This document shows positions 36,353 through 47,025 of a DNA stretch of 64,000 nt, piece by piece. Under the pieces are notes generated by a model. The model did not search any database and was not told the origin of the DNA. It saw only the letters and a list, made by a program, of their open reading frames with translations. Within the stretch, counting starts at the first letter, position 1, and each line of letters begins with the position of its first letter. Position numbers and translations under genes: made by a program. Source of the DNA: an uncultured virus (IMG/VR IMGVR_UViG_3300012347_000246) (lineage: Duplodnaviria > Heunggongvirae > Uroviricota > Caudoviricetes); IMG/VR virus record IMGVR_UViG_3300012347_000246. The stretch is one strand, 5' to 3'.

Positions 36353-37998
36353 TAAAAGTCCCAATTCTCAGAATCATTTTGATTTGTTGCACTGTCGGTA
36401 TTATCTTCGCCCATCGATAGATTATTTTCTTGTGCTCTAGCTTCAGCATCGTTTGCAATCTGTGCAGCAATATCTGCAGGTGTTTCTATCGGTTTATTAA
36501 GTTGATCAGCTGTAAATACCGGGACGTTGCTAGATAGCAATGCTGGGTTAGTTGGCATGTCTGCATCTGCATATTCATTTGCAGCATTCTTGTCATTTAA
36601 TGCAACATTAGAAGCACCTGACACAGCATCAGGGTTGTCTAAATAGCTATCCATGTATGTGTTTGCTGCACGATTTGGCATGTTGCTTATTTGCGTTTCG
36701 GCTGCGGTTTTGCTCGGGAGAGTGGATACTGATTCAACTGCTCCTGTTTTTGGATCAACTTTCAGCAATTTATTCAACGCACCAGCACCAGCAACAAGAC
36801 CCCCGACTGTTGCTAATGCACCTAGCCCGCCACCTTTACCAAGTAATACACTTGCACCTAGCCCGCCGAGTACTGTTCCTGCAACGCCTAGCCCAATAGA
36901 CGAACCAACTTTTTCCCCGTTGCTGGTCGCACCGTTTGCTCCGTTACCTGCACTACCGTTACCAGCTTTGCTGTTTTTGTTGTATTGATAAATCGGACTA
37001 CCGTCTGCTAGATTGCCGCTGTTTGGCACAAACAATCTATTCAATGGGTTGTTACCACGTAACATATCTGTGCCCATTTGCGTAAGTTCTGCTTTGGCTA
37101 CCGCAACTAAGTTTGTATTCTTGAGATTTTGGTATCCACGGAATGCTTTAAAGAATGCACTTGCACTGCCGCCTTCTTTGCCAAGGTCGCTTACCACATC
37201 GTTTGCTGTATCCAACAAGCCGCCCGGACCAATGATACTCTTTGTACCACCACCAGCAGGGGTCAATGGGCTCGGGCTGTTGTCATAATGAATATCAGCA
37301 AAACCTTGTACTGTATTTTTGCTTACCCAACCTGCACCGTATAACACAGTTTCAAACGACAATGTCATTTCGTGTTGCAATGCGTCACTAGAACCGGCTG
37401 TATGCTGCCCGTGTTTAAAGCTGGTAATAATTGGATTGATTAGTGTGTATTCCGCAAAACGCTTTTGACTCATGCTATAGATGCGTACTGCGTTAATCGG
37501 ATGTGTGTTTGGCGTTTTAGGTGAATAACCCCAGTTGTTATTTTCTCGCGGAGTATACTTTGTATTTTGTCTGTACCCTGGGTTAATAACACCATCGGGC
37601 CCCTGGTAGCCTAAATCAGTGTCACGGTAGAAGTGGCTAAAATACTGGAACCATAATCCACGAACAACGTCTGCATGATCGTCATGGAACTGAATGTTGA
37701 TTGGGTCGTACTTGATTTTTGTTTGTACAATATTTGGTTTGTTGTAGCTGTTAAGAGTTTTAGCATCAATTGTAAACTTTGGCAAGTCTACCATTTTTAC
37801 TAGCATGCCAGCTTCGACTTGTTGGTTGCGACCAAACTTAGCCGAAAACTCAGGTGCTAAGTCAAAGAACACATGATACAAAAATCCCTGGCGAGGTGCC
37901 AGCTTGAAGTTGTCTCCAACAAACAACTTACTAGCGTGTTGGAAATCCTTAATTTGGTCGCCTTTTCCAACTTCTTGTAAAAACTGATTAATGCTCAT
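36352..37998 (-). CDS. Tail-tube-fold baseplate protein (gp54/gp48-like)
   Basis: VDLPKF...YDPINIQFHDD tube-like motif; adjacent to the tube gene. Confidence 0.6.
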   Translation of the reverse strand: MSINQFLQEVGKGDQIKDFQHASKLFVGDNFKLAPRQGFLYHVFFDLAPEFSAKFGRNQQVEAGMLVKMVDLPKFTIDAKTLNSYNKPNIVQTKIKYDPINIQFHDDHADVVRGLWFQYFSHFYRDTDLGYQGPDGVINPGYRQNTKYTPRENNNWGYSPKTPNTHPINAVRIYSMSQKRFAEYTLINPIITSFKHGQHTAGSSDALQHEMTLSFETVLYGAGWVSKNTVQGFADIHYDNSPSPLTPAGGGTKSIIGPGGLLDTANDVVSDLGKEGGSASAFFKAFRGYQNLKNTNLVAVAKAELTQMGTDMLRGNNPLNRLFVPNSGNLADGSPIYQYNKNSKAGNGSAGNGANGATSNGEKVGSSIGLGVAGTVLGGLGASVLLGKGGGLGALATVGGLVAGAGALNKLLKVDPKTGAVESVSTLPSKTAAETQISNMPNRAANTYMDSYLDNPDAVSGASNVALNDKNAANEYADADMPTNPALLSSNVPVFTADQLNKPIETPADIAAQIANDAEARAQENNLSMGEDNTDSATNQNDSENWDF

Positions 37999-38026
37999 AG
38001 TATCCTCTTATAAACTATTTAGCCAT

Positions 38027-38052
38027 AAAAAAGCCCGGTCGAAACCGGGCTT
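38027..38052 (-). terminator. Intrinsic terminator
   Basis: AAGCCCGGT-TTCG-ACCGGGCTTTTTT. Confidence 0.8.
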
Positions 38053-38069
38053 GAGTTTGTCATCTGGTA

Positions 38070-38690
38070 TTAACCAGTTACCATTGTTCCCAATGTACGT
38101 CCGACTAGTGTACCAACACCAGTACCAGTTGGGGTTTGCACGGCATTGTCAAAACGCAATGTTAATGCAATCTGTACAGGATCATTGGAGCTGTATGCCA
38201 TATCGCCGTAATCAACTTGACTGATCATGCAACCATACAATTCCCATGTCTCTAATACATTCGGTTCATTAGCGCCGTTGCCGCCGTCTAATACTTCATA
38301 ACGTAACAAGAACTTATAGTCGATACCGGAAGCTGCTGAACTTTGTTCTGCAAAGTCGAATTGCTTTTGAATCTGCTCGCCAACCATTCTGCTAACGTTG
38401 CCTGCGGCATCGTCACGTAAGTTAACTGTAGTTTCTTGCCATTCTGGCTTGCCTTGCAAATAAACTTTACTGTTATAAACATCCAATGTGATTGGGTTAA
38501 AGTTTACGCTTGGACGCTTAATATCCACGACTTGTTTTGTTAATTCTACTCGTTTGTCAGCACTTACACCAAAGCCTTCGAATGTCGCACGGAAGCGATA
38601 TTTTAGTTTTGGCATCAGCAAACCTTGTGCAGATGCACTTTGGTTAGTTGCTAATGGTACTGTTAATCTTGTTAGTGACGATACTGCCAT
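38070..38690 (-). CDS. Tail tube protein (gp19-like)
   Basis: KYRFR...GKPEW..LRDD...WELYGC; follows the sheath gene. Confidence 0.85.
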   Translation of the reverse strand: MAVSSLTRLTVPLATNQSASAQGLLMPKLKYRFRATFEGFGVSADKRVELTKQVVDIKRPSVNFNPITLDVYNSKVYLQGKPEWQETTVNLRDDAAGNVSRMVGEQIQKQFDFAEQSSAASGIDYKFLLRYEVLDGGNGANEPNVLETWELYGCMISQVDYGDMAYSSNDPVQIALTLRFDNAVQTPTGTGVGTLVGRTLGTMVTG

Positions 38691-38766
38691 CTTATTCTCC
38701 TGTTAAGGTATTTACCTAATTTTTGGTAAGTTAACGGGACCGTTATGGCCCCGTTATATACCTACT

Positions 38767-41700
38767 TTATGCGCCTAATTTAGCGACTTCGCCTGGGTTG
38801 TATAAGCGAATTGGAATGTAGATAAATTCAACATCCTTCATTGGCTCAATAGCAATATCCACATACAACTCATTGCGAGCAATACGCTCTGGTGTGTTGT
38901 TGCTTTCGTCGCAAACTACCAAGTAGTCGTATACGCCACGCTTGCTTACCAAGTCGTTAACAGCACCGCTGATGATAGTCTTTAATTGATCACGAGTGAT
39001 CTTGTCGTTTGGTTCAAACAAGAAGCCGTTACCAACGCTAGCAAGGATAGTACGAATGTAGTTCACTAAACGAGCTACGTTTACACGATCCATTGCACTT
39101 GCAAATGGGTTACGAGTCTTTTGGCCCCATACAACTAAACCTACGCCTGGCAAGTTAGTGATTGGGTTAATCTTGTTTTCATACAAGCTGTCACGTAGAC
39201 CTTGGTTAACACCAATTGGGTTATACTCGCCGCTTGTAGAGTCAATATATCCAACGCTTGTAGCATTGTCTACCATGCCACGACGTGTACCAGCTGGAGC
39301 AAACCATGGATAGCTCAAGTTGTCACTGTGTAAGAATGTACGCAATGCAATATGGCTCGGTGGCACTACAATAGTGTTACCTTGCACATCGTTAGTTTGT
39401 GCAGCACCTGGGTAGTAAACACCTAGGTACGGATCGTTAGTTGTTAAACCAGTTGCATTATCAGTGTTGTTGCTCCAGTTCACTAAGTCAATAGTGTTAG
39501 GTGCTAAACGGAATGGTGTGTCGCCGATAATGAATGCTGTGTTAGCACGATCATTGTTCAATGCAACCATGTTGCTGATCAACTCTGGATAACCAGGAGC
39601 TGCAATCAAGTTAAATCCATATTGGTCTTCACGTACTGCTGAGTTTCCATCAACTGCTGCCTTCAATGCACTAACAACCATATGACGTTGTGCTTGACGA
39701 CCTGCATACATGCTGCCATTGTCTTTTAGACCACTTGCACTTACCCATGCACTTGGTACTGATGGTAACGAAGCATTTGCAAAGTTAGCTTCAGTGAAGT
39801 ACTCGTTAACAAAACGCTTAACGTTATAACCGCTGCGACGAGTGTTAAACAACATTGTACCACGTGGGTATAAACGATAGTCTGGAGCATCTAAGTCGAT
39901 GTTATCGCTTGTTAGCAATTCAACAACAGATGGCATGCTGTCGCTGATCGGGTCAACGTTGCCGTCTGTGCCCCAACGTGCATCAGCAAATACAATACCG
40001 TTCTGGCCAATTTGGTCAGTGTTGTCAATCTTGGCCCATGTTGTGCCAGTATAACGGCTCAATGCTGGCCAGTTCTCTAAGTCGCTTGTGTCTAACCACA
40101 AGTCACCTGCTACTAGAGCTGAACTGTCTGTTTGAGTAGTCGGCTTGCTTGCACTAACAATAACACCCAATGGGTCTGTTAAGCTCAAATCGTATCCACG
40201 AGCATCGCTTAATTCATTTTGGTAACCTTTCCAACCTGTGGTTGTGTTAACCATAATGTCAACTTCTGTTGCAGAACCATAATACCACAATGTACCATCG
40301 ACTGGGTCTTGTGTTGGCTCAACTACGCTGAATGTATATGTTAGAGGTTCCCATGTGCTTAACTCTAATTCGCTTGCTGCGTTACTTTGTACACCTGTTA
40401 CTGCCAATGTAAAGCCTGCATCTGCTACTGGGCTACCAGTTACGTTAGCTAAACGGATTACGCCACCGTACTTGTGTGTTAAGCTGATTGCACCTGTAGT
40501 TTCAACTGCTGCTGTAACTTCAGGGATGTTTGCTGCCAATACAGCAGAAACAAACGCTGCACGGCTTGTACCACTTAATGTAACAGTGTATGCAGTATAT
40601 GTAGACTCACCAATGGATGTAGTATACAAAGTGAATGCATTGTTTAATGTAAATGGGTTTGCAGTATCTGTTACTTCTGCAACGATTTTAGTTGCGCCAG
40701 ATACACGGCGAACGTATGGCTTAAATGTTACTGTACCGTCTGCACTTGTGTCAAAACGTGTATAGATTGTACCAGCAGCAATGTTAAAGCCGCCTGCACT
40801 TGGATCCATCCCATAGATTGCATCAGATGGTGTGTTGTACAACGGAGCAGCTTGGGCAGTCCAAGTATCTGTTCCTGCACTATATTTCTTAATAACAACA
40901 TCTGCGCCGCTACCAATTGCACTAGTCTTAATGTATACGCTACCTGTTGGACGTGGTGCTGTGTCTGTGCTTCTCCATGCTGGAATAGCAACATAAGAAC
41001 CATAGCTAACTGTTGGACGATAGTAAGTACCGGCAGCAATACCTAGGCTGCTCAATGGAGTCTGTGTTGTGTTTGCAATGATAACCTTACCGTCTGCAGA
41101 TGCAGATGGGCCACCACTCTTAGCTAAATCAGTTGCTAAAATTTGCAACTTACCGTTAACTCCGCGGGCTGTAACACCAGTGATAGCTGCTGTGTTAATA
41201 GCAGTAACAATGTCGCTTAGACTCTTGTCAACACCAGTAGCACCTACAGTAACGTCAACACCGTTAATACGCAATACAGCGGCTGGTGTGGACATCGGAA
41301 CTTCAACTGGACTAGATACAGAACCGTTAGCACCAATAATAGTTGCTTGGTCTACCATCCATGTGCGGTCACCAACTTTAGCCCAAGAGTTATCAGATAA
41401 CTTCTTGAAGATATTCCAAACGTGACCAGTATATGCGCCGCTGTTAGCAGGGCTTAGAGCTGCTGCATATGAACCAATGTCGCCTACGCTTGATGTTGGG
41501 TAATTAACACCACTAACGTTAGTCAAGTTAGAAGCGTCAGTGATAACTAATAGAGATTTCTTAACGAATGCACTTGCTGTTGCATCCCATTCGTTTAGAC
41601 CCCAATCTGTGTCTAACAAATCAACCCAGTATGTGCCATCGGCGACAATACCTGTTGGACGGTTAGAAGTTGCATTTAGTTGAGCTAGGTCAATGTCTGC

Positions 41701-42030
41701 ACGGATAGCGTACACACGATTGCTAATGCCTAGTGCAGAGTATGCAGCCATTAAACCAAATTCGTTACGTTCATCACCGTGTAGAGCTGTTCCAGCACTA
41801 CTTTGTTGGAATACAGGATAACCAAAAGCACTTACCAACTCACGTTGGCTAGCATATGCTTGTAATTTACCGGCATTTGCCTTTGTAGTACCTGCGGCTA
41901 CTGCGCCTGCAGGATTTGTTTTGTCTTGAGCTGTTGCCAAAACAACCAATGGTACAGAACCAACTGCGCCTGGTACGTATTGACTTTCGTCGGTTACACT
42001 TAACTGTAAACCTGGAGATACTAGTGCCAT
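38767..42030 (-). CDS. Tail sheath protein (gp18-like)
   Basis: LVSPG; WFAPAG.RRG; NPI; WGQKT; FEPND; VCDESNNT. Confidence 0.95.
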   Translation of the reverse strand: MALVSPGLQLSVTDESQYVPGAVGSVPLVVLATAQDKTNPAGAVAAGTTKANAGKLQAYASQRELVSAFGYPVFQQSSAGTALHGDERNEFGLMAAYSALGISNRVYAIRADIDLAQLNATSNRPTGIVADGTYWVDLLDTDWGLNEWDATASAFVKKSLLVITDASNLTNVSGVNYPTSSVGDIGSYAAALSPANSGAYTGHVWNIFKKLSDNSWAKVGDRTWMVDQATIIGANGSVSSPVEVPMSTPAAVLRINGVDVTVGATGVDKSLSDIVTAINTAAITGVTARGVNGKLQILATDLAKSGGPSASADGKVIIANTTQTPLSSLGIAAGTYYRPTVSYGSYVAIPAWRSTDTAPRPTGSVYIKTSAIGSGADVVIKKYSAGTDTWTAQAAPLYNTPSDAIYGMDPSAGGFNIAAGTIYTRFDTSADGTVTFKPYVRRVSGATKIVAEVTDTANPFTLNNAFTLYTTSIGESTYTAYTVTLSGTSRAAFVSAVLAANIPEVTAAVETTGAISLTHKYGGVIRLANVTGSPVADAGFTLAVTGVQSNAASELELSTWEPLTYTFSVVEPTQDPVDGTLWYYGSATEVDIMVNTTTGWKGYQNELSDARGYDLSLTDPLGVIVSASKPTTQTDSSALVAGDLWLDTSDLENWPALSRYTGTTWAKIDNTDQIGQNGIVFADARWGTDGNVDPISDSMPSVVELLTSDNIDLDAPDYRLYPRGTMLFNTRRSGYNVKRFVNEYFTEANFANASLPSVPSAWVSASGLKDNGSMYAGRQAQRHMVVSALKAAVDGNSAVREDQYGFNLIAAPGYPELISNMVALNNDRANTAFIIGDTPFRLAPNTIDLVNWSNNTDNATGLTTNDPYLGVYYPGAAQTNDVQGNTIVVPPSHIALRTFLHSDNLSYPWFAPAGTRRGMVDNATSVGYIDSTSGEYNPIGVNQGLRDSLYENKINPITNLPGVGLVVWGQKTRNPFASAMDRVNVARLVNYIRTILASVGNGFLFEPNDKITRDQLKTIISGAVNDLVSKRGVYDYLVVCDESNNTPERIARNELYVDIAIEPMKDVEFIYIPIRLYNPGEVAKLGA

Positions 42031-42131
42031 AATCATTTTTCCTTTATGTTACACGATATCAATATTTACCAGGGTTTGGATAAAATGGGCCGTTATGGTG
42101 CCCTTAATTAAGGTTTACCCATAAATACAGC

Positions 42132-42482
42132 ATGACTCAACGCCCTATGTGCCCTGTATGTAACGCTAGACCCGTTGCTATCAACTGCAAGAAGAACGAC
42201 ATTACGTATTATCGCAAACTGTGTGATAGCTGTCTGCGTAAAGGTAAAAGGCTTGCACCCAAAAGGCCAGCATGGGCATTAAGTGGATACAAGAAAAAGC
42301 CGCACTGTGAGAAATGCGGCTTTGTTGCTAAACATTCGGAACAGTTAAACGTGTTCCATGTCGACGGTAACTTAAAGAATAACGATTGGGTTAATCTAAA
42401 AACAATTTGCTTAAACTGCTCAACGGAAATATCCAAGAGCAAGTTACGTTGGAAAGCAAGTCTTACTCCACCTGAGCTTTGA
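42132..42482 (+). CDS. Zinc-finger/HNH-like small protein
   Basis: Four CxxC pairs; HVDGN..N....NL. Confidence 0.7.
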   Translation: MTQRPMCPVCNARPVAINCKKNDITYYRKLCDSCLRKGKRLAPKRPAWALSGYKKKPHCEKCGFVAKHSEQLNVFHVDGNLKNNDWVNLKTICLNCSTEISKSKLRWKASLTPPEL

Positions 42483-43074
42483 GCTGTGTGTATAAGTGAT
42501 CAATTGAACTGTTGTTGTCAATGATTGCATCAAAGTTGGTTCCTGCCCAACTATACTCACTTGCATGAATACCATTGAGTCCTAGCCATTCACGTGCTTT
42601 GTTATCCCCACGGTTAGCAGATTCTGCAATGCTGTACCAATGAGGGATAATGCCACGCTGTACCCATAGCATTTTTGCACCTTGGGCCTTTAGTCCTGTA
42701 ATTTCGTTAGGAAAACGGCAGTCTGTAATAACAATGTTGTCTTTGCTGTTACGCAATTTGTTTTCTAAGCTAGCGATCCAGATGTCATCATGAAAGTGTG
42801 CTCTAAGAACGTTTGTGCCCCAGTTTTGTAAAACCCAACGCGGTGTAATGTGCATGCCCAATCGTTGGGTCCACCATAAGTCAGTTTCTTCCCGCCACAG
42901 TCTACTTTGATCTGTACGGCCTTCTAGCATATCTCTGTCCCAGCCAAATATCTTAGCAACAGCATCCTTTAATGTTGCTGCAAATGACTCTCGTTTAAAT
43001 CCGTGAAAGTTAACTAAGTAGTCTGCTGCTGTATCTTTGCCCGAACCTATTAAACCTGTAATACCTATAATCAT
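42463..43074 (-). CDS. Deoxynucleoside monophosphate kinase (gp1-like)
   Basis: GLIGSGKDT; FA..LKD; TPR..LQ..GT; DCRFPNE; HASE. Confidence 0.9.
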   Translation of the reverse strand: MIIGITGLIGSGKDTAADYLVNFHGFKRESFAATLKDAVAKIFGWDRDMLEGRTDQSRLWREETDLWWTQRLGMHITPRWVLQNWGTNVLRAHFHDDIWIASLENKLRNSKDNIVITDCRFPNEITGLKAQGAKMLWVQRGIIPHWYSIAESANRGDNKAREWLGLNGIHASEYSWAGTNFDAIIDNNSSIDHLYTQLKAQVE

Positions 43075-43125
43075 AAAAAATGCCCCAATAAGGAGCATTT
43101 TTACATACTGCATTAGCAAAGTCAA

Positions 43126-44304
43126 TTACATTAGGAAGATTTGACCATTGCACATACTCAAAACATCGCCAAACAATAGTTGCATATCGTAGCCCAATGT
43201 TTCAGCGGCTTGCGTTAAGTCTTCTTCGCCACGGGCTTTCATTTGTAGTTGATTGCCAAATGTATACTTGCCGTACCCTATCTGTGCAGGGAATGGATTT
43301 AGGGTAACGGTACCTGTTTGAATATACTGTGCAAACATCTCGTATATGAATTCGTATGGTCGTTTGATTTGATTTTCACGGCTGCTACGCTGTGTACCAA
43401 TAGCATTAAACAATGCATTGTATAAATCAGATCGCATGTAATCTAAGTCGCTACCAAATGTATCTCGGCGAGACGGTTTACTATATACTGCTGCTAGCTT
43501 TTGGTTTATGACGTTAACAAAATGATGTTCAACTGTGCGCCACTGTTCCATACTAGACACTTGGATAGCATGTCCAATTCGATGCGCCATAATCCACGGC
43601 GTTATCATTACTTTTTGTGCGCCATAGTTGCCCAAGAATACCACGGTAATGGCATCTTCACTACCAGCAATAACTTGTTCAGCAGCATCTCCAAGTATGT
43701 TACGAACTTGATCATGGCTTGCTGCACCTAGCTCTGCACTTTTTCCTGTTCCTGGAATGTTAGAGAAGAACAAGCGGAAGTCGTATGGAGTTTTTTCAAA
43801 GAACTTTGCAGTCTTTAACTGAGCAGTTGGGTGCATGACTAGCTTCTTGTCAACTTTACTTCTAAACGGACCAGGCTTGTCAAAATTTCCGAGCGGAACG
43901 TAATCAGTTAACGGAGCTTCAGATAACTCATCTTCCCAAATTCTTGCATCTTCGCCGCGGTGCTTATCCCAAAATCCTGCGCCTGCATCTGTTTGCTGCT
44001 CACTGCGGCAAATTCTATAACCTTTGCTCTTTACGTAGTCATACATTGTTTTAGCAATGCCCTGGCCACGGAATCTCTCTTCTACTTCTAAATCTTGTGG
44101 CACTAGAACCTGGCCCCGGGAATCCTGCTCTATTGAGAATATTACATATCCTAGATCTTTTCCGTTGGCAGTGGCTTTTACAAATACAACTTGATTTTCA
44201 GTATCTTCGTCATCAACATACTCGTCGTCTTTTTGTACTTCAAGCGACAGGTCTATGCCATTGAAGTGCTCTTTATATTCTGTAATAAATTCACTTGCTC
44301 GCAT
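43126..44304 (-). CDS. Protein with N-terminal GNAT acetyltransferase domain
   Basis: VEERFRGQGIAKTMY acetyl-CoA motif; MRASEFITE N-terminus. Confidence 0.7.
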   Translation of the reverse strand: MRASEFITEYKEHFNGIDLSLEVQKDDEYVDDEDTENQVVFVKATANGKDLGYVIFSIEQDSRGQVLVPQDLEVEERFRGQGIAKTMYDYVKSKGYRICRSEQQTDAGAGFWDKHRGEDARIWEDELSEAPLTDYVPLGNFDKPGPFRSKVDKKLVMHPTAQLKTAKFFEKTPYDFRLFFSNIPGTGKSAELGAASHDQVRNILGDAAEQVIAGSEDAITVVFLGNYGAQKVMITPWIMAHRIGHAIQVSSMEQWRTVEHHFVNVINQKLAAVYSKPSRRDTFGSDLDYMRSDLYNALFNAIGTQRSSRENQIKRPYEFIYEMFAQYIQTGTVTLNPFPAQIGYGKYTFGNQLQMKARGEEDLTQAAETLGYDMQLLFGDVLSMCNGQIFLM

Positions 44305-45200
44305 TAGCCAGTAATCCATGTCATTGGCATTCCGCCGTCTTGGAAGCGTTTCAATTCTTCTTCAAGGCCCGCCATTTCTTCTTTGGCTTCTGCAATCAAT
44401 GCAGGACCGTTAAGTGTTGTTCCACCTTGTGGGCCAGCAACAGTACTAAACTTGCCGCGACCTTCACCTAAGATTCGTTTAGCAAAGCTATAGGCGTATT
44501 CTTGCAACCACGGAAATACCATGTAATCGTTAAACAGTTGCCAGTCTGGTTTGTAGTTGTAGCACCATAGCAAGCATGATTCTGCATCATCGATATTAGA
44601 TTGACCGGTGCCCTGGAATGGCATTTTACGCATAATTGTTAGCTTGCGAGTGGTACGGTTCCACGAAAAGTTCATAAAGCCGCCAAACATCTTCATTGCT
44701 AACTCTTGATATTGGGTAAACAACTCGTAGTTTACTAGGCCGCCTACACGCCCTGCTACCAACATATATGTGTTCAGGTAGCCCGATGCAAATGGTTCAA
44801 ACTGACTTGCAGTCGTACCGCTTACGCTACCAATACCACGGCGGTTAACTTGGCGAACTTCAATGATTTCTTTTGGAAGGATGTATTCTTGGGTTTCCGG
44901 CAATAGCTGTAAGAATGCATAAGATTCTTCAACAGCGTTGCTGCTACGTTGGCGGTACTTAATTAACGCTTGGTTAATCGCCATTTCATAATGTTCTTTG
45001 TCTAGTTCAACGTCTACAATACCGTCTGCTAAACGCATACGAATGTAGTCAGTGATTTCTGCACGTTTGGCGTTGGCGCTAGTGTAATCGTCTGTATTGT
45101 AAGCAATGTGCCCAGATCCTGTTCCAGTGTTTGCTTGGAACAATGAATCTGTTATTAAATTGCCTTTTGCATCATAGATGCTAGTATCTTGTGTGGCCAT
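44304..45200 (-). CDS. Neck protein (gp13-like)
   Basis: RL..IVDVEL; KF..V.GP.GG.TLNG..L..EA.EE...LE. Confidence 0.85.
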   Translation of the reverse strand: MATQDTSIYDAKGNLITDSLFQANTGTGSGHIAYNTDDYTSANAKRAEITDYIRMRLADGIVDVELDKEHYEMAINQALIKYRQRSSNAVEESYAFLQLLPETQEYILPKEIIEVRQVNRRGIGSVSGTTASQFEPFASGYLNTYMLVAGRVGGLVNYELFTQYQELAMKMFGGFMNFSWNRTTRKLTIMRKMPFQGTGQSNIDDAESCLLWCYNYKPDWQLFNDYMVFPWLQEYAYSFAKRILGEGRGKFSTVAGPQGGTTLNGPALIAEAKEEMAGLEEELKRFQDGGMPMTWITG

Positions 45201-45237
45201 AGAAAAGTCCTGTTACAGTATTTATTACTGACAGGAC

Positions 45238-45492
45238 TTATCTAGTTAGGCTTTCCCATATCCCGTACTTCTCGTACTTGGCCCACTCGGGCCCCTTAAA
45301 CGTTAACTCAAGCTCTCTATGCCGCAGCTGATATTCTAGGGTACGAATTTCCTTAACTGCACTGGGCTTCCTGTGCAATTTTGTGGACGTTAACAGTTGT
45401 ATTCTGTTTTGGGTCCACTCAATTTCACTGTGAAGCCTAGATAAGAATAGCTGGTTAGTGTTAGGCGGTTCTAAGTAAAACGACATCTTCAC
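45238..45492 (-). CDS. Hypothetical protein
   Basis: Short operonic ORF. Confidence 0.5.
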   Translation of the reverse strand: MKMSFYLEPPNTNQLFLSRLHSEIEWTQNRIQLLTSTKLHRKPSAVKEIRTLEYQLRHRELELTFKGPEWAKYEKYGIWESLTR

Positions 45493-46633
45493 TGATCCGA
45501 CCAGTAAGTTTAGTTTCTGTTGCTTTGATATCGTCCAAGAACTTGCGAAGTTGGATTTTACCTGCTTTAGCGAACTCTTTTAGCTTTTCGTCCGGTTTAC
45601 GTAGAGTCTTGCTGGTCGATTTGTCTGTGTCGAAGCCTTCAATGCTAGTACCTTTGATGCTGAGCTGCTTATATGCTGCTGCCACGTATTTTCCCAGCTT
45701 TCGGGTCTTGGTGTTATAAACCCAGAGTTCACTTGCGCCAATAATGTCTGCAGGATTAATCGAGACAATTTTAAGCCCTGGATCAGTTTTTGCATACTTG
45801 AGTTTTGCCACCAGCTTTTCTTTGCTTGGAGCTTTCTTAACTCGTGCCTTTTTCGTAGCCTTTTTAACACCTCGGTACTGATCCACGGCTGAGAGGAGGT
45901 CGTCGATCCAGGCGATAATTCGTTTGAAGTCAGTGGCTTTAAGATAGCTGTAGCCTTCTCGTACTTGCTCGTCTTTCTTTGACTGTGCGAGTAATAGTTC
46001 GTCTTTACGCCTGTTGTATAGATCTTCATACTTTCCTAGCTGGCTTTGCACCACGTTGTTTGCAGTAAGCCAATCATATGGCTTAAACTTTTCTGCTTTG
46101 TTTGCAAACACATCGTCAAACATGCCTTCAAGTTCACCGATGAGCTCACTGGTTTTTTCGTTTAGTCTGTCCTGAATAGTGGGCACGTATGCTTTTGGAG
46201 CATCCGATTCGGCTACTGCTTCGACTTCGGGCTCTGCTGTGCTAATAGCTTCACGGATAGCTTCCTTGAGAAAGCTAACGTGACGTGGCTTTAGTGGCAT
46301 GCCTTGTTTATGCGCCATTACCAAGCTGCATGCAGTCATGCTCAACGAACGATCACTGCTGCGAACAAAGGCTTTAACTTCGTCTTTGGTAAATTCGTTC
46401 TCTGGTTTTTGTACCCATGCCACTACGTGTTTCTTACAATCCTTTTGATTGTAATGATAGTTGTAGTAGTAAAAGCTGCGACGAAGGTGATGATCAAAGG
46501 TTGCATCATCAAACTGTAGAGCTTCTTCGGTATTCCATTCTGGTTCTCCGCCGGTGTACTTTTCATCAGCGAAGGCAACCCGCTTCTCGCGAGGTGCTTT
46601 AGTTTTAATCTTAATACCGGCTACGGTAGCCAT
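45461..46633 (-). CDS. Conserved hypothetical phage protein
   Basis: Long ORF with AAGGA RBS; LWVYNTKTRKL, KTLRKP. Confidence 0.8.
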   Translation of the reverse strand: MATVAGIKIKTKAPREKRVAFADEKYTGGEPEWNTEEALQFDDATFDHHLRRSFYYYNYHYNQKDCKKHVVAWVQKPENEFTKDEVKAFVRSSDRSLSMTACSLVMAHKQGMPLKPRHVSFLKEAIREAISTAEPEVEAVAESDAPKAYVPTIQDRLNEKTSELIGELEGMFDDVFANKAEKFKPYDWLTANNVVQSQLGKYEDLYNRRKDELLLAQSKKDEQVREGYSYLKATDFKRIIAWIDDLLSAVDQYRGVKKATKKARVKKAPSKEKLVAKLKYAKTDPGLKIVSINPADIIGASELWVYNTKTRKLGKYVAAAYKQLSIKGTSIEGFDTDKSTSKTLRKPDEKLKEFAKAGKIQLRKFLDDIKATETKLTGRISEDVVLLRTA

Positions 46634-46641
46634 AATATTCC

Positions 46642-47025
46642 TTAATAAAGTGGTAGATGCCCAGTCACCGCGTTAATTTTATCTTCACGATCTGGGCCAA
46701 CTCCTACAGCAGTCAAGGTTTTTACACCATTGAACTCTGTTAGTCCTGCATCCTCAATGATTGAGCAGATGAGTCCTGCATCCTTAGCTGCATTATACAC
46801 ATCTATCAATTCTTGTTCACTATTTACATAAACACAAATCTTCTTAAATCTTCCAGTTACCCACGGCTCTAAGCGAGCATCATTTAAGTCAAGAGTTAGT
46901 TTGTTACCATCCCGGGTCGTTTGCCCTAAAATTGCACCCATTGATGCATGTGCGCCTTGAGCAACTAACTTGCCCTTACGCATATTTAGGTCCTTACGCA
47001 TTACAATGACCTGTTTGTGTTCCAT
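46642..47025 (-). CDS. pth2: Peptidyl-tRNA hydrolase, Pth2 type
   Basis: KQVIVMRKDL.MRKGK..AQGAHA; DAGLTE; GP; VTGHL.L. Confidence 0.95.
   Translation of the reverse strand: MEHKQVIVMRKDLNMRKGKLVAQGAHASMGAILGQTTRDGNKLTLDLNDARLEPWVTGRFKKICVYVNSEQELIDVYNAAKDAGLICSIIEDAGLTEFNGVKTLTAVGVGPDREDKINAVTGHLPLY

Noticed and set aside
36653..41425. Plus-strand ORFs within tail genes
   Set aside because: Antisense shadows of strongly biased coding sequence.
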